From positions 1-48,743 of the forward strand of contig JAZRJQ010000010.1 of NCBI GenBank assembly GCA_045645925.1: a stretch of 48,743 bases of DNA. Direction: 5' to 3'. Positions within the stretch are counted from its first letter, which is position 1; each line of letters starts with the position of its first letter. Position numbers and translations under genes: made by a program. Positions 38,360-45,746 of this stretch are shown here, piece by piece. The notes below the pieces were generated by a model that did no database searches, was not told the origin of the DNA, and saw nothing but the letters and a program-made list of their open reading frames with translations. This DNA is from Clostridia bacterium (lineage in GTDB: Bacteria; Bacillota; Clostridia; Christensenellales; UBA1242).

Positions 38360-38867
38360 TAAATTATCTCCCCATTTGTGATTTTTTAAAGCAAGATTAT
38401 TATAGTACAATCAAACACAAAAGTAAATAGTTTTTTCAATTTTTTTTAATTTTTTTTAATGCTATAAAAATGGCTATATTTAGTCACTTTTTTATTGTTT
38501 TTTAATTCAAAAATTAAACTTTAAAACAGATTTTCAACATAAAATGAAACATAAACAAAAATTTTAGCAAAAAATTTAAAAAATAGGGTTTACAAGTTTA
38601 AATTTATTTGTTAAACTTTTGGCAGCAAAAACTTAAAAACTTTGTTTTCATTAGTTGGTTTTTAAAGCCAAAGGTGTGTACAAAAATAATGTTAAGCAGG
38701 TTTTTAGTTTTAAAACAAATTATAAGGAAGGAAAATTTATGGACAGCGTTCCGCCGAATTATCAAAACAATTTAATATGCATAAGATAATTAGGTAAAGT
38801 TGCCTTCTTTAATTTTTAATTAGAACAATTTGCTCTTTTTCTCTTATGCAAAAAGGAGAACAAGAGT

Positions 38868-40199
38868 ATGGAAAATATTATAACAAAACTTGAAACAAAA
38901 AAATTTCAAGAACTAAAACAAGAACTTGCATCTCTAAACATTGCCGACATAGCATCAATTTTTGAACAACTAGAACAAAAACAACAAATTATTATTTTGT
39001 TCAAGTTACTTAACAAAGATGTTGCGGCAGATGTTTTTTCTTTTTTAGACCCAGAAATGCAAGAAACAATTATTAACGCACTTAAAGACAAAGAAATTGA
39101 AGCAATCATGAACGACTTGTACATTGATGACGCAGTTGACTTTGTTCAAGAAATGCCAGCAAATGTGGTTAAACGCGTTTTGAAAAACACCACAAAAGAA
39201 AATCGTGATGCAATAAACAAACTTTTAACCTACCCTGAAAACAGCGCCGGTAGCATTATGACAACAGAGTTTGTTGACATCAAACAAGAACTTACTGTTG
39301 ACGAAGCTTTTAAGAAAATTAAGAAAAAAGCAGCAGACTCAGAAACAATTGACACAATTTTTGTAACCGATTCTAAACGTAAAATTCAAGGCGTTGTAAG
39401 CATACGTGATTTAATTATTGCTGAACGTGAACAAAAAATCAGTGAAATTATGAACACAAATGTTATTTATGCTTGCACACAAACCGACCAAGAAGAAGTT
39501 AGTAAACTTTTTGATAAGTACGACTTTCAAACATTGCCAATAATTGATGGCGAAGAAAGACTTGTTGGTATTGTTACAGTCGATGATATTATGGACGTTG
39601 TAACACAAGAAGTTACCGAAGATATGGAAAAGATGGCTGCTATTTCACCAACCGAAGACCCATATTTGAAAACAAGTTCGTTCACACATGCAAAAAAGAG
39701 AATTTTCTGGTTGTTATTCTTAACAATTTCTTCAAGCATAACTGGCGCAATCATGGGATTTTTTGAAGATGCCTTTGTTGCAATACCAGCACTTGTAACA
39801 TTTATACCAACACTTATGGGCACTGGTGGAAACTGTGGCTCGCAATCAGCAACATTAATTATTCGTGGTTTAGCACTAGGCGAAGTTACCATGCGTGATT
39901 ACTTTAAAGTTGCATTTAAGGAATTTAAAGTTTCATTAATTGTAAGTTCAGTTTTGTGTTTGGTTAACTTTGCAATTGTTTGGGTACGTTATGGCGACCC
40001 ACTACTAGGACTTGTTATTGCACTAAGCCTAATCATTGTTATTATCATTTCAAAATTTATTGGTGGCGGCTTGCCAATTTTAGCAAAAAAATGCAAACTT
40101 GACCCTGCAATTATGGCAGCCCCTATTATTTCAACTTTGGTTGACTGCATTGCAATTGTAAGTTATTTCTTAATTGCATCAGCAGTTTTAGGATTGTAA
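38868..40199 (+). CDS. mgtE: magnesium transporter MgtE
   Basis: 443 aa. N-domain, tandem CBS domains, five-TM C-domain with GTGGNCGSQSATLIIRGLALGE and PIISTLVDC motifs. AAGGAGA SD. Confidence 0.93.
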   Translation: MENIITKLETKKFQELKQELASLNIADIASIFEQLEQKQQIIILFKLLNKDVAADVFSFLDPEMQETIINALKDKEIEAIMNDLYIDDAVDFVQEMPANVVKRVLKNTTKENRDAINKLLTYPENSAGSIMTTEFVDIKQELTVDEAFKKIKKKAADSETIDTIFVTDSKRKIQGVVSIRDLIIAEREQKISEIMNTNVIYACTQTDQEEVSKLFDKYDFQTLPIIDGEERLVGIVTVDDIMDVVTQEVTEDMEKMAAISPTEDPYLKTSSFTHAKKRIFWLLFLTISSSITGAIMGFFEDAFVAIPALVTFIPTLMGTGGNCGSQSATLIIRGLALGEVTMRDYFKVAFKEFKVSLIVSSVLCLVNFAIVWVRYGDPLLGLVIALSLIIVIIISKFIGGGLPILAKKCKLDPAIMAAPIISTLVDCIAIVSYFLIASAVLGL

Positions 40200-40204
40200 A
40201 AACA

Positions 40205-40238
40205 AAAAGAGCACCCAAATTGGTGTTCTTTTTTTTGT
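40205..40238 (+). terminator. rho-independent terminator of mgtE
   Basis: Stem GAGCACC / GGUGUUC (one G-U pair) followed by T8. Confidence 0.6.
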
Positions 40239-40243
40239 TTAAG

Positions 40244-40873
40244 TTAGTTAAAAACTTTTGAATAAGTTATAATCCCCTTAACAATTTCGGTTAAAGCATT
40301 AATCAACCCTTTTAGTCGTTCGGTGTTTTCAAAAATTTCACTGTTAATTTCAATTTGTAAAGCAAACACTTTGTAGGTTTTAGAAAAGAAACCTGCAATG
40401 GTTTTTTCTGATGCTTTAAATGGGTAATCTTCGGTTGTTTCAAACCCATGCTTTTTAAAAATATGTTCAATGCGTGAAAACAAAATTGTGTTACCAACCA
40501 AGTTAAACCTGTTGTTTGTGCCAAGATTTATTTGTTGGCTACGCAAATTGTTTAAACAATGAATATCTAAAACAAACTTCACTTGGTCGTTTTCGATTAA
40601 GGACGCAATTTTGTTGCGATAGTTTGAATTAAAATCAAAATTCGCATCGTCATTTAAATCCGATGTTTTTGCAATCAAACTAGAACCGGTTAGTTTGCTA
40701 ACCACATTTATTAAATTGTAAGTTTGAGTTTCAGCAAATTTGGTTTTGCCGTTTCTGGTTTGTGTTACAGCATGTGGCGCAGATAGTAGAACCATGTTTC
40801 CACTTTTAAAGGTGTAGCCCAAAGGTTCGTCAACTGGCAGAACAACACTGTTAAAACTTTCAATAATATCCAT
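40244..40873 (-). CDS. hypothetical protein, possibly N-formylglutamate amidohydrolase-like metal hydrolase fold
   Basis: 209 aa. Spaced His/Glu/Asp/His pattern (LLSAPHAV...FAETQT...VLDIHCL...LQIEIN) reminiscent of FGase-type hydrolases. No visible SD. Confidence 0.35.
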   Translation of the reverse strand: MDIIESFNSVVLPVDEPLGYTFKSGNMVLLSAPHAVTQTRNGKTKFAETQTYNLINVVSKLTGSSLIAKTSDLNDDANFDFNSNYRNKIASLIENDQVKFVLDIHCLNNLRSQQINLGTNNRFNLVGNTILFSRIEHIFKKHGFETTEDYPFKASEKTIAGFFSKTYKVFALQIEINSEIFENTERLKGLINALTEIVKGIITYSKVFN

Positions 40874-41005
40874 ATAACATATATTAAAAAATTAAATATA
40901 AATTGTAAAGTAAAACAAAATTGACCTTTTAAAAATTTTTTAATATATAACATTTTGCAACAATAAATTTTAAAACAAAACCATAAGAATATCTTTACAT
41001 TTCGA

Positions 41006-41335
41006 TAGCATTAGCAAACCCACAATCTAAACTAAAACACAAAATTTTATATTTTGCGTGTTTAAAATTTACCGTAAATAAAAGAAATTATTTTGTTAGT
41101 TTGTTTTAAATTTGTAATGTTTGAACGTAGTGAGTTTTGCAAAATTAAAACTGTTTTCAATCTTGCAATCAAAATTGGTAGCGTTAGCGAACCCGTAATC
41201 TAATGTGGGGTGCGAAGTTTTGTGTTTTGCGTGTTTAAAAATTTGCTGTATATTAGCCAAATTTAAATTATGCACTTAAAAATTTTGCAATGTTTGAACA
41301 TAGTGAGTTTTGTAAAAAATTTTTTATTGCAAGAA
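41006..41335. repeat. tandem direct repeat, two ~172-173-bp units (module A-like half plus hairpin module), same family as 12601-12860
   Basis: TAGC(A/G)TTAGC(A/G)AACCC at 41006 and 41179. TTTTGCGTGTTTAAAA at 41052 and 41225. TGTTTGAAC(G/A)TAGTGAGTTTTG at 41118 and 41290. Confidence 0.8.
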
Positions 41336-41373
41336 AAAAGCAGTTGGAAAAACAACCAACTGCAAATTTTTTT
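41334..41373. terminator. bidirectional hairpin terminator (ends the DAC-like gene on the minus strand; also followed by a T-run on the plus strand)
   Basis: Stem GCAGTTGG / CCAACTGC, with A6 on the 5' side and AAATTTTTTT on the 3' side. Confidence 0.6.
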
Positions 41374-41395
41374 AAAGCAAAACACAAAACGAGCA

Positions 41396-42436
41396 CTATT
41401 TTTTTACGGCCTTATAGAACATTTCACCTTCATGGCTTTGGAAATAAACCCCAATAATACGTTTACGACGAGAGTTTATAACAGTATATGCTGCACGTTT
41501 TCTGGCACCACCCACAACGTTCATGTTGCGTGTGTTACTTTCAACAAACACGTTGTATGCCCTAATTCTGCCGGTGTTATCAACAATGGTAATACCATCA
41601 TAATCAAGCATATCCATAAACAAATCACAGAATCCAGTTAATTTTGATTCGTTATAAGTTTTTGAACGCATAAACAATTTTGAAAAACTTATTGGTTCTT
41701 TAAGCCAAACACCATCTTGGAAGAAACCATTATCAACATAATCTTTATCAACAATAACGCAAAGTGCACCGTGAACGTTTTTAAACACAGAATCAAAAAC
41801 GTTTTCGTACATGGTTTTTATTTCGTTAAGTTTTTTGTTTGTTGTTCTAAGTTTACTAAAACTAGCATCAACAAACTCTCTAATTTCAGTTTTCCAATCG
41901 GTAACAATTGCATCGTCAAGGGTGTTAACAACATTAAGTTGTTCGCCTTTAAGGCTTGTTAGTGTTGTTGTGTAACTGTTAACCGGTTCAACATGCACAA
42001 CAGAAATTTTATCGGAACGTTCTTTTAACACAGGGTTAGAGAAAATCAAACTTTTCAAGTTTTCTTCCTTAATACTGTTTAACGCACGACAAATACCATA
42101 AGTTATGCTGTCTTCCTTAATGTTAATAAAAATTAACCAACCATGCTTACAAAACGGAGCAAGTTTTTTAATGTTATAGTTAAACTTGATTTCAGAAATA
42201 TCGTCAGTAAACATTGCAATACGATAGCAATCCGGAACATTTTTTGCAACAAAATCTATGTTGTTTGTAAACAATAGATTTGGATGAAGTTTTGTTCCTT
42301 CTTCTTCGTAATTTGCCAAACTTGAAAAAAAGTTTAAAAACTGCATGTGTAGTTTTTTAGGGAATGTTTCAAATTCTCTTTCAATAAACTCTGTAACTGC
42401 CACCTTGGCTGTTGAATATGTAACTGTATCTTGCAT
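41396..42436 (-). CDS. two-domain protein with a C-terminal divergent DAC (DisA_N, diadenylate-cyclase-like) domain
   Basis: 346 aa. C-terminal about 125 aa read VHGALCVIV...DYDGITIVDNTGRIRAYNVFV...VVGGARKRAAYTVINS...IGVYFQSHEGEMF, parallel to the CdaA/DisA pattern HGALIVI...DGAVII...GTRHRAA...VSEETG. AGGGGTGG SD. Confidence 0.55.
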   Translation of the reverse strand: MQDTVTYSTAKVAVTEFIEREFETFPKKLHMQFLNFFSSLANYEEEGTKLHPNLLFTNNIDFVAKNVPDCYRIAMFTDDISEIKFNYNIKKLAPFCKHGWLIFINIKEDSITYGICRALNSIKEENLKSLIFSNPVLKERSDKISVVHVEPVNSYTTTLTSLKGEQLNVVNTLDDAIVTDWKTEIREFVDASFSKLRTTNKKLNEIKTMYENVFDSVFKNVHGALCVIVDKDYVDNGFFQDGVWLKEPISFSKLFMRSKTYNESKLTGFCDLFMDMLDYDGITIVDNTGRIRAYNVFVESNTRNMNVVGGARKRAAYTVINSRRKRIIGVYFQSHEGEMFYKAVKK

Positions 42437-42542
42437 AAGCCACCCCTAAAAACCACAAAAAAAGAACAATTTTTGCATTTATTTTTTTATAATTTAACAA
42501 ATAAAAAAATAATTGTAAACCGATTAAACAAACTTTTTTATA

Positions 42543-42564
42543 TTTATTCATAAATATGAATAAA
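42543..42564. promoter_or_regulatory. perfect 10-bp inverted repeat (candidate operator) upstream of the DAC-like gene
   Basis: TTTATTCATA-AA-TATGAATAAA, about 107-128 nt upstream of the ATG at 42436. Confidence 0.3.
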
Positions 42565-42691
42565 AGTTGAAATTTTATTACCAAAAAACAGAGAAATGTT
42601 TTCAAATTCCGTTCCTTTGTGCTTAGGTTATTTGTAAATTTGATAAAGCCAAATGTGTAAGCCTTATTTTATGCATGAAAACTGCATAATC

Positions 42692-42727
42692 AACAAAAAA
42701 AGGATAAAAGATAAAACCTTTTACCCT
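42692..42727 (-). terminator. rho-independent terminator after the zinc-ribbon gene
   Basis: Minus strand stem GGGUAAAAG / CUUUUAUCC (one G-U pair) followed by U7. Confidence 0.5.
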
Positions 42728-42737
42728 TTTTGTTTTA

Positions 42738-43802
42738 TTATCCAAACACACTAACAATGCAAGTTATTGCAGCAATGCCCATCAAAATCCCAAACACTAA
42801 TCCAAAAATTTTCCAGCCAGACCTTGGAACTTTGCCTTGAACATAACCGGTGTAGCCATTAACTAAAAATCTGTATGGTTTTTTGTTGTAACTAAAATTG
42901 CAAGCATACACTGGCAAATAAGTGTATTGCCACATTATTGAATTAAAGTTTGAACTAACATTCATGCTTTCATATCCATCGTAACTATGTTCACGTTTAA
43001 TTCTGTATGTGATTTCTCTTTTTGCCGATGTTGTTGCATCTTTTAGCGAATTGTGAATATCAACATCGTAACCCGAACTTAAAAATCCAACAAGATATGC
43101 TGTGTTGTAAACTTTTAAAGTTTCCAAACCATAGTTACCAAGTTTTTCAAGTTCTTCTTGACTTATAGCCTTTGATGCAGATTGAATATAGTTGTTAAAA
43201 CTATCAAAACGTTTACCTGAAAACGGATGTTTTGTTTCGTAAGTTTCGGTATAAGAAACACGTTGACCATTTGCATTTGTTCTGTAACGAGTTCTGGTGT
43301 GTTTTTCAATACCAACACCACTATACGTTGTGTTAGCATTAAAATCAAAATTCCAACAAGGGAAATACATTCCTTCAAGTTTGTTTAACTGCGCATTTTT
43401 ATGAAGTTTGTTTGGCACAAATTTTCTGGTTTTAAGCCATTGCTTGTAGTTTGCAATTGCTTCTTCTTTCGTTACTTTGAACGGAACAATAGCATCTGGT
43501 TTATATGCAATTGTATCTGCCAATTCGTTAATATTAGACGAACCACAATATGGGCACAAACCATTTCCGTGTCCACCATTCACACTGCTTTTTGCACCAC
43601 AACTTGAACATTCAAAAATGCCATTTAGTTCGGTGTTTTTTTGAACTGCACTTTGTGGATTATACTCTTTTTTATGTTTTGCAGGTGCGCCTGAAATAAA
43701 CACCAATCCTTCGCATTGTTCGCATTTTAAAGCTTCATCTTTTGGGCTAAATGTAAGTGTGTAACCACAATTAGCGCACTTTGTATTTAATTTATTACTC
43801 AT
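42738..43802 (-). CDS. double zinc-ribbon protein with C-terminal TM anchor (YdjG-like)
   Basis: 354 aa. CANCG...CEQC and CSSCG...CPYCG knuckles, a central globular domain and a terminal TM WKIFGLVFGILMGIAAITCIVSVF. AAGGTGG SD. Confidence 0.6.
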   Translation of the reverse strand: MSNKLNTKCANCGYTLTFSPKDEALKCEQCEGLVFISGAPAKHKKEYNPQSAVQKNTELNGIFECSSCGAKSSVNGGHGNGLCPYCGSSNINELADTIAYKPDAIVPFKVTKEEAIANYKQWLKTRKFVPNKLHKNAQLNKLEGMYFPCWNFDFNANTTYSGVGIEKHTRTRYRTNANGQRVSYTETYETKHPFSGKRFDSFNNYIQSASKAISQEELEKLGNYGLETLKVYNTAYLVGFLSSGYDVDIHNSLKDATTSAKREITYRIKREHSYDGYESMNVSSNFNSIMWQYTYLPVYACNFSYNKKPYRFLVNGYTGYVQGKVPRSGWKIFGLVFGILMGIAAITCIVSVFG

Positions 43803-43895
43803 TTAAACCACCTTTGGTTTTAATCACATTTTAATTTAACATTAAATCAAACAAATTAACAACTAAATTTTGATATGTTATTTTCCTAATTAAAG

Positions 43896-43930
43896 TTAAA
43901 AAAGACACTTATAAAAAAGTGTCTTTTATT
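43896..43930 (-). terminator. rho-independent terminator after the SPFH gene
   Basis: Stem AAGACACTT / AAGTGTCTT followed by a T-run on the minus strand. Confidence 0.55.
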
Positions 43931-43943
43931 TTTTAAGTTTTTC

Positions 43944-45056
43944 TTATAGTTTTTCACCGCAGTCAATACAGAACTTACCTGTTCCTGTGTTTTCAGCACC
44001 ACATTTTTTACAAATGCGTTTTGTGTTTTGGCTTTTTCCACATTCTGGGCAGAATTTTGCACGTGCACTAATTTCAGCATGACAATTTACACATTGTTTT
44101 TTGCCAGCAACTGCAAATTTATGACCACATTCTGGGCAGAATTTTGCTTTTTCAGCCAAGCTTGCACCACATGTTGGACATTCTTTTTTAGGGCTTGCTT
44201 TAAATGATTCAGTAATAACTGTGCTCATTGCCATACCAGAACCTAAGCCAACACCCATACCAGCCATTCCGCCACCATTAGGATTGCTTGCGCCTTCACG
44301 CATTGCATTTGCTGCTTGATATTTAACGTATGTATCCATATCACCCATAACACCCATTGAAGAACGTGTGTCAATTGCTTTTTCAACTTCTTCTGGGAAA
44401 GATATGTTTTCAATAACCAAGTTTGTTAGTTCTAAACCAAGTTTTGCAAAGTGTTCATTAACCATACCTTGTGCAACTTTGTTAAATTCCAACAAATTGC
44501 ATGTTAGGTCAAGAGCTGAAATTTTTGATTCAGCAATTGTATCAGAAATTGATGCAACTAACATACTTTTTAGGTAACTTGTTATATCTTCTGTTTTAAA
44601 TGTTGAATTTGTTCCAAACAATTCTTTTAAGAACACAACTGGGTCAACAACTCTAAAAGCATATGTTCCATAACTTTTAATTCTTATTGTTCCAAAATCC
44701 TTATCACGCATTGTAATTGGATTGCTTGTTCCCCATTTAATGTTTGTGAATTGTTTTGTGTTCACATAATAAACATCTGAATAGAATGGTGAATTAAAAC
44801 CATGTGCCCAGTTTAATAATTTTGTTAAATAAGGCAAGTTTGATGTTGTTAAGGTGTGCAAGCCTGGTTCAAAAACATCGGCAAGTTTTCCTTTGTTAAC
44901 AAACACTGCTTTTTGGCTTTCTCTAACAGTAAGTTTGCTACCCATCATAATTTGGCGACCATCCATAGGATATTTGTAAACTATGGTGTTTTTACTGTCA
45001 TCTGTCCATTCAATATTTTTTAATAATTGGCTTTTTACAAAACTAAATAATCCCAC
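43944..45056 (-). CDS. SPFH/Band-7 family protein with C-terminal tandem zinc ribbons (COG4260, YdjI-like)
   Basis: 370 aa from a GTG start with an AAGGGGGA SD. N-terminus MGLFSFVKSQLLKNIEWTD and an SPFH body. Gly/Met-rich linker, then four CPxCG/CxxCG knuckles. Confidence 0.75.
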   Translation of the reverse strand: MGLFSFVKSQLLKNIEWTDDSKNTIVYKYPMDGRQIMMGSKLTVRESQKAVFVNKGKLADVFEPGLHTLTTSNLPYLTKLLNWAHGFNSPFYSDVYYVNTKQFTNIKWGTSNPITMRDKDFGTIRIKSYGTYAFRVVDPVVFLKELFGTNSTFKTEDITSYLKSMLVASISDTIAESKISALDLTCNLLEFNKVAQGMVNEHFAKLGLELTNLVIENISFPEEVEKAIDTRSSMGVMGDMDTYVKYQAANAMREGASNPNGGGMAGMGVGLGSGMAMSTVITESFKASPKKECPTCGASLAEKAKFCPECGHKFAVAGKKQCVNCHAEISARAKFCPECGKSQNTKRICKKCGAENTGTGKFCIDCGEKL

Positions 45057-45074
45057 AATTAATCCCCCTTAAAC

Positions 45075-45530
45075 CTATCTTAAAATAACATTGGCAGAAA
45101 CAGCACAAATTGTGTCTCCCTCAGCCAAAACCACTTCTTGACCATGTTTATACTCTCTAACATAAATACCAACACGGATGTTAAATGATTGCATGTTTTC
45201 GTCGGTTGACAAAACAACATACTTGCCAGGTTTTAATTCGGTTTGTGTTGAAATTGTTACAGGAGTGTTTTGATTTAACATAAAATCGTTTTGTTTATAT
45301 GTTGCGTTAACAGTTTCTTCTTGTGTAACTTCGTCAACGTTTACAACATTTTCTTCCATTGTGTAACGAACATCATCAACAATATCCAAATTTTCTTTTT
45401 CTTTTTTCTTTTTTATGCCAAGTTCTTCGTTTTTACGTTTTTTGTTAATAATAATTTTTATAGCCATTAAACCAATGTAGCCAACAGCAGCCACACCTAG
45501 GCCAATATATAAATAGTAAATTGGATCCAT
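45075..45530 (-). CDS. single-pass membrane protein with small C-terminal beta domain (possible NfeD-like partner of the SPFH protein)
   Basis: 151 aa. TM YLYIGLGVAAVGYIGLMAIKIII, a K/E linker and a C-terminal LKPGKYVV...GQEVVLAEGDTICAVSANVILR. AGGAGA SD. 18 nt upstream of the SPFH gene. Confidence 0.5.
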   Translation of the reverse strand: MDPIYYLYIGLGVAAVGYIGLMAIKIIINKKRKNEELGIKKKKEKENLDIVDDVRYTMEENVVNVDEVTQEETVNATYKQNDFMLNQNTPVTISTQTELKPGKYVVLSTDENMQSFNIRVGIYVREYKHGQEVVLAEGDTICAVSANVILR

Positions 45531-45704
45531 AGCAAAATCTCCTAAAAACTTTTTTACTAATTAATTTTAACACACATTTAAAATATGTTAAAACAAAAAA
45601 CACAATATTTCCCCATATTTCCACATAATTTTAGAAAATTAATTAAAAGTATTATTCCTTAAAGTATATGCCAAACTTAAAAAAATAATCAATTTAATCA
45701 ATCA

Positions 45705-45741
45705 AACAAAAAAGACCAAAACAAAAAATGTTTTAGTCTTT
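45705..45741 (-). terminator. rho-independent terminator after the kinase-fold gene
   Basis: 12-bp stem AAAGACUAAAAC / GUUUUGGUCUUU (one G-U pair) followed by a U-run on the minus strand. Confidence 0.55.
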
Positions 45742-45746
45742 AATTT

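Noticed and set aside
41270-41641. 123-aa plus-strand ORF spanning the repeat element and the 3' end of the DAC-like gene.
   Set aside because: It starts inside a non-coding repeat unit, crosses a terminator hairpin and then runs antisense to a well-supported gene. There is no SD.
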